From the NCBI GenBank assembly GCA_937879955.1, contig CALFMK010000001.1:267766-331765 (forward strand): 64,000 nt of DNA. The letters are read 5' to 3'. This DNA is from an uncultured bacterium (GTDB lineage Bacteria; Patescibacteriota; Minisyncoccia; Phycocordibacterales; Phycocordibacteraceae). How positions within the stretch are numbered: position 1 is the stretch's first letter; each line of letters begins with the position of its first letter. The notes beneath the pieces are model-generated. The model was not told where the DNA came from and made no database searches. It saw nothing but the letters and a program-made list of their open reading frames with translations. Of the stretch, positions 21,490-29,266 are shown piece after piece. Both the position numbers and the translations under genes were made by a program.

Positions 21490-22299
21490 TTAGAGTGGAA
21501 GTCGATACCTACCTCGCCTCTTCTCAACCAGACCCTCAGAAGCCAACTTTGCGAGCATAGCACTAACCTGCTCGCTCCGATCAGGTCCAAGTATTCCCTC
21601 CAGATACGTTTCGGTCTGCGGACCCTTCGCGAGTGCCTTCAAAATAGCACCCCGCGCCTCTCTCCCAGATCCCGTGAACGCAGCCTGCTTCGCATAGCCC
21701 TTGCTCTTCGCATTCACACGGATACCAGAGCGCTTCAGATGCGCACCATAGTCCATGAGCGCCGAGTACCAGCGCCGTGAATCCCCTTCCGGCAGCGCCT
21801 TCTCCAGTATCGAAAGCACCTCCTTATCATCGACCTTCTCCGCGTTCGGGAAGAAGTGATGGATAACGGCGGTACGCAGGTTCGTCTCCACGAACACGAC
21901 ATCCTTGTTGCCAGCGAACGCCGCTACCGCGCGTGCCGTATAGTGCCCGACGCCAGGCAGGGTCTCGAGCGTCTCTACGGACACAGGCATCTTTCCCTTA
22001 TGCTCACGCACCACGGTCTTCGCCGCCTCGTGCAGCATCTTCGCCCGGCGGTTATATCCGAGCCCCTGCCAATGGAGCAGTACGGACGAGAGTGGCGCCT
22101 CAGCGAGCGCGCTCACGGTTGGGAACGATTCGAGAAAGGCGCGATAGAACGGAATGACCCGCTCCACCTGCGTCTGCTGCAGCATCACTTCGGACACGAG
22201 GATGCGGTACGCATCCTTCGTCTTCCTCCAGGGAAGGTCATGACGCCCCTGCGCCTCGTAGTGCGCGAGGGCGAGGTCCCTAAACCGTTTCGCTGTCAT
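21490..22299 (-). CDS. mutY: A/G-specific adenine glycosylase (short MutY)
   Basis: RHDLPWR, ILVSEVMLQQTQV, WQGLGYNRRA, LPGVGHYTA, ALMDYG. Confidence 0.92.
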   Translation of the reverse strand: MTAKRFRDLALAHYEAQGRHDLPWRKTKDAYRILVSEVMLQQTQVERVIPFYRAFLESFPTVSALAEAPLSSVLLHWQGLGYNRRAKMLHEAAKTVVREHKGKMPVSVETLETLPGVGHYTARAVAAFAGNKDVVFVETNLRTAVIHHFFPNAEKVDDKEVLSILEKALPEGDSRRWYSALMDYGAHLKRSGIRVNAKSKGYAKQAAFTGSGREARGAILKALAKGPQTETYLEGILGPDRSEQVSAMLAKLASEGLVEKRRGRYRLPL

Positions 22300-22528
22300 C
22301 GCCCTTCTCCTCCGTCACAGGCTTCGATGGCTTCACGAGCGGCGCCTCAGGGACGATGAGGATCGCGAGGAAGTATCCGACGAGTCCTGGCACGAAGCCG
22401 GTGAAGACCGTGAGGATGAGGTAGCCGAGGCGGATGAGCACCGGATCGATGCCGAAGAACTCGCCGAGACCTCCCATGATGCCCGCGAATACCCTGTTCG
22501 TCCTGCTGCGCGTGAGTGTCTTTTCCAT
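22280..22528 (-). CDS. PspC domain protein
   Basis: LTRSRTNRVFAGIMGGLGEFFGIDPVLIRL..ILIVPE. Confidence 0.9.
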   Translation of the reverse strand: MEKTLTRSRTNRVFAGIMGGLGEFFGIDPVLIRLGYLILTVFTGFVPGLVGYFLAILIVPEAPLVKPSKPVTEEKGDDSETV

Positions 22529-22571
22529 ATGCATTAGTATACCAAATCGCCCATCTCTGAGGAGGTAAAAG

Positions 22572-22597
22572 AAAAAACGCCTCCGAAGAGACGTTTG
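22572..22597 (-). terminator. Terminator of the putative 6S RNA
   Basis: Minus strand AAACGTCTC-TTCG-GAGGCGTTTTTT. Confidence 0.75.
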
Positions 22598-22619
22598 TAG
22601 AAAGAAGAAAGAGCAGGGG

Positions 22620-22785
22620 TCACCCAGTCCCTTGAAGCTCAACCAGGCGGTTAGCGTATACGGCGCCGAGGCGCCAATGCCCGATGGAGAGGCTCCCTTT
22701 AGGCTTCGGGAAAAGCGCTCCAGGAACTCTACACCATCTCCCGGTAGGCGATGCTTGCGGCCGACTGATTCAAGGGACTGGGATC
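22620..22785 (-). ncRNA. ssrS: Putative 6S RNA
   Basis: 14-bp terminal stem CCCAGTCCCTTGAA/TTCAAGGGACTGGG, rod-like fold with a central bubble, own promoter and terminator. Confidence 0.65.
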
Positions 22786-22791
22786 GGATAG

Positions 22792-22819
22792 ATACTACCG
22801 AATTCCGGCCACATGTCAA
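22792..22819 (-). promoter_or_regulatory. Sigma70 promoter of the putative 6S RNA
   Basis: TTGACA-16 nt-TAGTAT on the minus strand. Confidence 0.7.
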
Positions 22820-23491
22820 CTATTTCGCCTTCGGCCAGCGCTCAGCCGCCGGCGGCCAGAGCTTCGTGAGCGGATGATCCTCGCACGGATGCGGATTCGC
22901 CTTACAGACGTAGCGCCCGTACAAGACGAGCCCGTTGTTCACGTACTTCCAGTCCTTCTTCGGAACCAGCGCCTCAAGGTCCTTCGATATCTTCGTGAGC
23001 TCGGTATGGTCGGTAAGGTCGAACTTCAGAGCGAAGCGGCGGACGTGCGTATCGGTAGGTATGCCCTCCCATATGTCATGGAGCTCGCCGAGCACGACAT
23101 GCGCGGTCTTGTACGCTACCCCCGGAAGGCGCACGAGCTCCGCCTCCGTCTTCGGGATCCTGCCGCCGAACTCGTCCCTGATCATGCGGGCCGTAGCGAG
23201 GATATGCCGCGCCTTGTTCTTGTAGAAGGTTATGGACGAGATCGCCTCGGTGAATTCGGCGAGATCCGCATCCGCAAAATCCTTCACGGTCTTGTACTTC
23301 TTAAAGAGCGTCGCCGTGACGAGGTTCACGCGCTTGTCGGTGGACTGCGCGGAGAGCATAACTGCCACGACGAGCTGTATCGGAGTCGTGAAAGCGAGCT
23401 CGGTCTTGGGTACCGGATACGCCTTCTTCAGGTACGCGAGGATCTTCTTCGCGCGCGCCTTCCGCTCTTCGGACGTCGAAGGCTTAGGCAT
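22820..23491 (-). CDS. nth: Endonuclease III
   Basis: LVVAVMLSAQSTDKRVN, HhH LPGVAYKTA with catalytic K, PTDTHV. Confidence 0.93.
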   Translation of the reverse strand: MPKPSTSEERKARAKKILAYLKKAYPVPKTELAFTTPIQLVVAVMLSAQSTDKRVNLVTATLFKKYKTVKDFADADLAEFTEAISSITFYKNKARHILATARMIRDEFGGRIPKTEAELVRLPGVAYKTAHVVLGELHDIWEGIPTDTHVRRFALKFDLTDHTELTKISKDLEALVPKKDWKYVNNGLVLYGRYVCKANPHPCEDHPLTKLWPPAAERWPKAK

Positions 23492-23951
23492 GGTCCTTCA
23501 GGTCGAGGAGGACCTGGTCCGCATGGAGCTCGGGCTTCACGTTCTCGTAGACCTTCTTGATGACGCCGTTGCGGTCGATGAGGAACGAGGTGCGCTTGAT
23601 GCCCTGGTACTCCCGGCCCATCATCCTCTTCGTGCCCCAGACGCCATAGCGCTCTGATACCACATGATCCTCGTCCGAAAGCAGCGTGAACGGGAGACCG
23701 TACTTCTCGGCGAACTTCTTATGGCTCTTCACCGAGTCGGCGGATATGCCGAACACAACCGCATCGAGCGCAGATAAGCTCGGCATCGCGTCGCGCAGCA
23801 TGCAGGCCTGCTTCGTGCAGCCTGGCGTATCGTCCTTCGGATAGAAATACAGGAGCACGCGACTTCCGCGGTGCGCTGAGAGCGTATGCGAAACGCCGTC
23901 CTGGTCGAGGAGCGTGAAATCGGGTGCCGTGGTGCCAGCCTCTGGGATCAT
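23484..23951 (-). CDS. bcp: Peroxiredoxin BCP/PrxQ
   Basis: YFYPKDDTPGCTKQAC, RTSFLID. Confidence 0.95.
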   Translation of the reverse strand: MIPEAGTTAPDFTLLDQDGVSHTLSAHRGSRVLLYFYPKDDTPGCTKQACMLRDAMPSLSALDAVVFGISADSVKSHKKFAEKYGLPFTLLSDEDHVVSERYGVWGTKRMMGREYQGIKRTSFLIDRNGVIKKVYENVKPELHADQVLLDLKDHA

Positions 23952-23955
23952 AGTC

Positions 23956-25122
23956 CTATTCCGCCGAGAGCGACTCGTCCTCCGAGAACCTGCCGAACGC
24001 GAAGCGGTTCGCGATGGCGACGATGCTGCCGGTAGCGGCGAGGAAGAGGATGAACGTTATGAGGCCGCCGAGCGCAGGGACGGTGCCGATGAGGTAGAGC
24101 GCGAGCATGCCCAGCAGTGCGATCTTCCAGGTCACGCGCTCGCGCTTGAGGAGCCCGCGCCCGAGCGCCGCGCCCGCGACGATGCCGGCATAGAGATAGC
24201 CGAGCATGAGGAGGAGCGCATAGGCAGCCAGGAGCAGGAACGCGACGCCCATGCCCACGAACGATACGAGCAGTATGAAGATGAGCACCGGCGCGGCGAA
24301 CACCACGGCGAACCCGAGGAGCGCGAGCATCGCGAAGCGGCCCGGAGTCCGCGCGAGGACCTTGTCTGCGACCTGCTGCGAGAAGACCGGGAAGAGGCCC
24401 GCGAGGAGCGCTGCGGCGATGAGCACCGCGAGTATGCGCACCACAAAGAACACGCTCGCGCCGGCGATGGCGAAGGTCTTCGCCTGCTCCACCGTCGGGA
24501 GGTACGAGGACGCGCCCGTGTAGGTCACGCCGCCCACGACGCTCGAGGTAGCCGGCATCGCGACCTCTTGCGGCGCATCGTACTTGAGCGCGCCCGCGAT
24601 GACTGTGCCTTCGGCGAGCGTCAGGCGGTCCGACGCGATAACCTCGACGTCTCCCGCGAAGCTTCCGGAGAGATGCACGTCCGCGCCATAGATGACGGTG
24701 CGTGCGCCGCCGCCAGTCGCGCGGACCGTCCCGCCGATGATGCGCGTATCCTGCGCGCTCGAGGATGCGGTGACGGTACCGCCCGCGATGGTGAGGTCGC
24801 CCTGCACGGGAGCCGTGATGATCACCTGCGCGCCTGCCGCGCGGAGGTCCCCTCCTACGGGACGGTCCACGGCGATGGTGCCGCCCGCGAGCATCGCGTC
24901 GCCTGCCACCGGCGCCGCGAGGTCTATGGTGCCGCCTGCCGCGAGGACGTCGAGCGGAAGCGGTACCGCGACCGTGATGTCGGTCCCGGCCAGATACACG
25001 TTATCGGATGGTGCCTCCGAGATGACGAGCGTGCGGGCGTTCACGAAGGTCGCAGCGGAGGCCGTGGCAGGGAGCGCTGTCGCGAGGAGGGCTATGGCGG
25101 CGAAAAGCTTCGTGCGTGCCAT
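23956..25122 (-). CDS. Membrane protein with N-terminal bactofilin-like beta-helix repeats
   Basis: Signal peptide MARTKLF..., repeated 'GD...AGG.I.....V' units, 5-6 C-terminal TM helices. Confidence 0.75.
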   Translation of the reverse strand: MARTKLFAAIALLATALPATASAATFVNARTLVISEAPSDNVYLAGTDITVAVPLPLDVLAAGGTIDLAAPVAGDAMLAGGTIAVDRPVGGDLRAAGAQVIITAPVQGDLTIAGGTVTASSSAQDTRIIGGTVRATGGGARTVIYGADVHLSGSFAGDVEVIASDRLTLAEGTVIAGALKYDAPQEVAMPATSSVVGGVTYTGASSYLPTVEQAKTFAIAGASVFFVVRILAVLIAAALLAGLFPVFSQQVADKVLARTPGRFAMLALLGFAVVFAAPVLIFILLVSFVGMGVAFLLLAAYALLLMLGYLYAGIVAGAALGRGLLKRERVTWKIALLGMLALYLIGTVPALGGLITFILFLAATGSIVAIANRFAFGRFSEDESLSAE

Positions 25123-25213
25123 GATGCCGCCATAGTAGCACAAGCGTGCCCTGGCACAGAGGCCCTGACGCACGCCCCGGAGATCCATCATTCCGGAGGT
25201 ATGATGGATGCAT

Positions 25214-25612
25214 ATGGAACCTATACATAAGACCGAAGAGGAGTGGAGGGAGGCGCTGAGCCCTGAGGAATACCGGGTCCTGCGCGAGGCGGGCACCGAA
25301 GCCGCGTTTGCCGGGAAGTACGTCGACAACCACGAGGACGGCACGTATCGCTGCCGCGCCTGCCACGCCGTGCTCTTCGGATCGGACACGAAGTTCGATT
25401 CCGGCAGCGGCTGGCCGTCCTTCACGGACCCGAAGGTTGCCGAGAACGTCGGGACCCGTCCGGATGACAGCCATGGCATGCACCGCACGGAGGTCTTCTG
25501 CAAGAACTGCGGCAGCCATCTGGGCCACGTCTTCGACGACGGACCGGAGGATGCGGGCGGCAAGCGGTACTGCATCAACTCCATCGCGCTCGATTTCGAG
25601 AAAGAGACCTAG
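25214..25612 (+). CDS. msrB: Peptide methionine (R)-sulfoxide reductase
   Basis: KFDSGSGWPSF, HLGHVFDDGP, RYCINS. Confidence 0.97.
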   Translation: MEPIHKTEEEWREALSPEEYRVLREAGTEAAFAGKYVDNHEDGTYRCRACHAVLFGSDTKFDSGSGWPSFTDPKVAENVGTRPDDSHGMHRTEVFCKNCGSHLGHVFDDGPEDAGGKRYCINSIALDFEKET

Positions 25613-25680
25613 CCTCTTCATGAGGCCTCCATGCTCGGGAGCGTAGGATTGCCGCATACCCGGCTAACCTGATTTTGCCT

Positions 25681-25806
25681 ATGGCTGATACAGACGAGAT
25701 GCGCGAGGAGGCTGAACGCAAGCGCCGCGAGGCGGAAGAGGACGCACGCAAGCTCGAAGATGCCGCTGACGCTGCTGATGAGGCGAACGACGAAGCAGGG
25801 TCATAG
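25681..25806 (+). CDS. 41-aa acidic/charged helical peptide
   Basis: MADTDEMREEAERKRREAEEDARKLEDAADAADEANDEAGS*; below the ORF-track size cutoff. Confidence 0.5.
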   Translation: MADTDEMREEAERKRREAEEDARKLEDAADAADEANDEAGS

Positions 25807-25857
25807 CCGCACGAATGACAGGAGGCCCGCCACTATACGTGACGGGCCTCTATCGTT

Positions 25858-26349
25858 TCATTGGTCAATCGGTTGCACCATATCCTTGGTTCGCTCGACG
25901 GACGACTTCTTGCCCATCGATCGATACGCGACTCGATCATGTTCCGAACAGTACGGTCCAGAGCCGGATCGCCGGCCGCAGAATGTGAAGCCGTCCGATT
26001 CAGGATCGCCGATCGGCCACTTGCACATATGCGCGCCGAGCGTAAGCAACGTCGCCGCACCCGGCTCTTCCTCGCGAGGCACGTGGGGCTCTGCCTCCGG
26101 CTCCGCAGGGACGGCACGCCGCGTCGCCCGAGGCCGCGTCGTCGCAGCAGGGCGAGACGGGCGCGGAGCCTTGAAGGCTGGCCGGGCCGGCTGCGACGGG
26201 CTCGGCCGACCGCTCAGGCCGAGACGATGCACCTTGCCGATGACCGCGCTGCGGGTCACCCCGCCGAGCTGCCGCGCGACCTGGCTGGCAGACAAGCCTT
26301 CAAGCCACAGCTTCTTTAAGGTAGAGATACGTTCTTCTGACCAATCCAT
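25858..26349 (-). CDS. gcrA: GcrA family cell-cycle transcriptional regulator
   Basis: MDWSEERISTLKKLWLEGLSASQVARQLGGVTRSAVIGKVHRLGLSGR HTH; C-terminal LTLGAHMCKWPIGDP..FTFCG..GPYCSEH; GGAGG RBS. Confidence 0.93.
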   Translation of the reverse strand: MDWSEERISTLKKLWLEGLSASQVARQLGGVTRSAVIGKVHRLGLSGRPSPSQPARPAFKAPRPSRPAATTRPRATRRAVPAEPEAEPHVPREEEPGAATLLTLGAHMCKWPIGDPESDGFTFCGRRSGSGPYCSEHDRVAYRSMGKKSSVERTKDMVQPIDQ

Positions 26350-26383
26350 CTGACTATCCTCCAAAATACACCTACCTGCGGGC

Positions 26384-26412
26384 ACTATACGCCCGAACCT
26401 AGCAATGCGTCC
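26384..26412 (-). promoter_or_regulatory. Putative promoter of gcrA
   Basis: TGGACG-17 nt-TATAGT on the minus strand. Confidence 0.45.
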
Positions 26413-26541
26413 ATCCCCAGGAAACCTCCCCCGATTCGAGGGTGTTCTAGGGGATAGAGGGAATCAGGACCTTGAAAGACGATCGATGCGGGACGCTCTG
26501 CGCCTCCCTATCCGTGCGCCTTATCCGTTCATGACCTGCCT

Positions 26542-26769
26542 ATGGCAATCACGAAAGCTATCGGGCTCGGCATCGGTATCATCGTCCTCAAGCTGCTGCT
26601 TCCCGGCGTTCTGTCAGAGATCGAGCAGACCGCTATCGCATTCCTCGATGGAGCGCAGGCCGGAGCCAACGTCGCTTCCTCGCTCGCCACTTCCGCAGGA
26701 GACATCCGGTTCTCGAACGAGCCGTTCGTCCTCCCGCAGGCGCCCCTGCCAGGCACCATGGTGCGATAG
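26542..26769 (+). CDS. Small membrane-anchored hypothetical protein
   Basis: MAITKAIGLGIGIIVLKLLLP...; terminator follows. Confidence 0.7.
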   Translation: MAITKAIGLGIGIIVLKLLLPGVLSEIEQTAIAFLDGAQAGANVASSLATSAGDIRFSNEPFVLPQAPLPGTMVR

Positions 26770-26770
26770 C

Positions 26771-26806
26771 AAAATGAGCCGGATTCCTTGGGATCCGGCT
26801 TTTTAT
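26771..26806. terminator. Bidirectional terminator
   Basis: AGCCGGATTCC-tt-GGGATCCGGCTTTTT. Confidence 0.75.
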
Positions 26807-26834
26807 TCATGCGCGCAGGACGAATGAGCTAGCA

Positions 26835-27438
26835 CTAATCGAAGATTGCACTTCCACAACTCTCTATTATCACCAACTGACCCGTACTCTGGTTAAGCTC
26901 TAGAGACCAGACCTGGATTGGAGTGAGGCCATTGTTTACATAAGGGCAGTCTTCCTTTCTCGCAGGATAGTGGGCACCCTCACGAACATACCAAGCGCTA
27001 CCTGATCCGGTAGAACTCGCAGACCCTAAAGTAAATGACGAAGGGATATCTGCGTCTCTTCTGCCACGAAAGAAGCAATGTTGCTTTCCAATGATAACCG
27101 CATCTTCATTAGTATAGAGACCGGTATCTCCCGTGGGAGCGAGCGAGGTTCTCTCATTAACAGATGAACGACAGTTATCTGGACCCAGATAAAAACCCTT
27201 ATCGGTTATCGATCCAGGAACGGCACGCGGATCTTTAACTTCTTCGTTTTTTTGTGGTGGTACTGGCTTCTTAGTTAACAAATCTTCGGATGACCTAGAT
27301 TCGTGTACTTGATCGGATTGAGTTGCAGCAATCGGTACATCTGGTGCCACTACCGTATGATGAAAAAAGCCGAACGATAGAACCAATGCTGCTGTCGCCC
27401 CCCAATATGCCTTGCCAAAGGGTCAGAAGAGATTCCAT
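26835..27438 (-). pseudogene. Low-GC exported protein gene with a +1 frameshift in a G6 tract of its signal sequence
   Basis: ATG at 27438 (6 nt after TAATAT) joins the 183-aa ORF only if G6 at 27398-27403 becomes G5. Confidence 0.6.
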
Positions 27439-27468
27439 ATCTTTATATTAACCCCTAAGACTTTAGGA

Positions 27469-27879
27469 CTAGGGCTCGAACCGATTCGTCCCCTCCTCTT
27501 CCCGCTCGTTCACTCCGTGCTCCGGCAACCCGAAGTAATGCCCCACCTCGTGCCAGATGGTCTCACGCACTACGATCCGCACCGCATCCCTGAACGAGCG
27601 ATCCATCTCCTCGGCCTCCTCGATGATCGGGAGGCGGTAGAGGGTTATGGTGTCAGGAAGCGTCACGCCCACGCCGTACTCGCTTCCCCGCTCGGTTAAG
27701 GGAATGCCACGATAGAGACCAAGCAGGGTCTCCCCTTCCTCGAGCCCTTCGAGCTCTCGTATCTCGTCGTCGATGTCGTCCTCGATGAGGAGCGCGACGT
27801 TGTCGACCTTGCGCGAGAAGCGCTCCGGTATGCGGTTCCATTCGCCGATGGCGATCTGCTCGAATTCCTGCTCGCTCAT
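27469..27879 (-). CDS. Zincin-like metallopeptidase family protein
   Basis: LLGLYRGIPL..PDTITLYR..HEVGHYFG. Confidence 0.9.
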   Translation of the reverse strand: MSEQEFEQIAIGEWNRIPERFSRKVDNVALLIEDDIDDEIRELEGLEEGETLLGLYRGIPLTERGSEYGVGVTLPDTITLYRLPIIEEAEEMDRSFRDAVRIVVRETIWHEVGHYFGLPEHGVNEREEEGTNRFEP

Positions 27880-27886
27880 GCGTGCA

Positions 27887-28396
27887 CTATAGCCTGCGAC
27901 TGTCATAGGCCCAATGTAGGAGCGCCTGGCGCTGGCGCGTATGGCAGGTAGCGTCGCCCGCGCGGCACGCGTTCTTCACCTGCGCCACGTGACGCACCAT
28001 CTGCTTCCAGCGCCTTATCTGGCGCGCATCCTCGGCCGGGATCCTCCGGCCGGAATAATACCGGCAGTACCACTGGAACCAGCCTCGCGGGTCTTCGTCA
28101 TAGATCCAGCCCTTCGCGCGCCACACGGACAGGGGCTGCGACGCGTCTACGCCGAAATAGTTGAGGGACTTGTCATGCCGTTCCGGGGAGAGCTTGGCAT
28201 GCGTGAACCAGTCCTCCGGGAATTCCCCGCGGCCGTCCGTCATGTATTTCCCGCCGAAGACACCGAGCGCGAGCATCTCCTTTGGCGAGAGGTCCGGCCG
28301 GAACTCCGGGTCGAAGTGCTTGCCCATGGGCTCGGTGCGCAGGTACCGATAGTCCTTCTGCATCAGGTCGTTCACGACGACTTCCGTTGGCGTCAT
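27887..28396 (-). CDS. Conserved hypothetical protein (GWFQWYCRY family)
   Basis: LSPKEML.LGVFGGKY..DPRGWFQWYCRYYSGRR..RQALLHWAYD. Confidence 0.85.
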   Translation of the reverse strand: MTPTEVVVNDLMQKDYRYLRTEPMGKHFDPEFRPDLSPKEMLALGVFGGKYMTDGRGEFPEDWFTHAKLSPERHDKSLNYFGVDASQPLSVWRAKGWIYDEDPRGWFQWYCRYYSGRRIPAEDARQIRRWKQMVRHVAQVKNACRAGDATCHTRQRQALLHWAYDSRRL

Positions 28397-28409
28397 GCCC
28401 CCTATACTA

Positions 28410-28437
28410 GCAAACCCCGCCAAGGGGCGGGGTTTGC
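28410..28437. terminator. Terminator after the dsbA-like gene
   Basis: GCAAACCCCGCC-aagg-GGCGGGGTTTGC. Confidence 0.8.
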
Positions 28438-28458
28438 ATTTCTCACGCGAGCCGAATG

Positions 28459-29172
28459 CTACTTGAGCTCCGCGTCGATGAGCGGCTTGAAGGCCGAGAA
28501 CGGCTGCGCGCCCGAGAGGCTCGTCTTGCCGATGATCGTGCCTGGCGTGCCGTTGATACCGAAGGAGCTTCCCTCGGTGCGGTCAGCGGCGATCGCTGCC
28601 TTGTACTCCTCGCCCTTGTCGGCGATGAGCTTCGCGATGCGGTCGGTGTCGAGGCCGAGCTCCTTCGTCATCGCGGTGATGGTCGCAGAGTCGCCGAAGC
28701 CGCCATGCTCCTCATCCTGGTGCTCAGCCATCGCGCGGTACCACTCGTACCAGCGATCAGGATACGCCTCCCAGACGGCACGGGCGTAGACGGCAGCGGT
28801 ATCGGAATCCTCGCCGAGGAACTGGAAGTCCTTGAAGACGATGCGGACCTTTCCGTCCTTCACGTATGCGTTGTTGATGTCGTTGATCGCGCCGAGCTCG
28901 AGCTGCTTGCAGAACGGGCACTGGTAATCGAACCAGAGCGCGATCGTGACCGGCGCGTTCTTGGAGCCGATGTACGGGTTGCCCTCGGTCTTCACGTCCT
29001 TGATGTCGACGTCGACCGCGGCGGCCGGCTGGTTCGGGACGAACTGGCCGGTGCTTCCGCCCTTGCCGAACACGAGCGCCGCGCCGATGACGAGCGCGCC
29101 GATGAGCACCGCGAGCGCGGTCCCGTATTTCTCGAGGAACTCGCCGACGGCCTTCTTATCTTTCTTTTCCAT
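28459..29172 (-). CDS. DsbA family thiol-disulfide oxidoreductase
   Basis: TM anchor, FDYQCPFC, GINGTP, SGAQP. Confidence 0.92.
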   Translation of the reverse strand: MEKKDKKAVGEFLEKYGTALAVLIGALVIGAALVFGKGGSTGQFVPNQPAAAVDVDIKDVKTEGNPYIGSKNAPVTIALWFDYQCPFCKQLELGAINDINNAYVKDGKVRIVFKDFQFLGEDSDTAAVYARAVWEAYPDRWYEWYRAMAEHQDEEHGGFGDSATITAMTKELGLDTDRIAKLIADKGEEYKAAIAADRTEGSSFGINGTPGTIIGKTSLSGAQPFSAFKPLIDAELK

Positions 29173-29266
29173 ACGTACTGTATATGTGCCCTTAAGATGC
29201 TATGCCGATAAGTATAGCAAACCCCCGCCGGAGGCAGGGGCTGCATAGTGGGCACACGGGCTTCCC

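Noticed and set aside
23956-25584. 542-aa ORF spanning msrB on the opposite strand
   Set aside because: The N-terminal part is the antisense of msrB; the real start is at 25122, with a signal peptide and a -10 element
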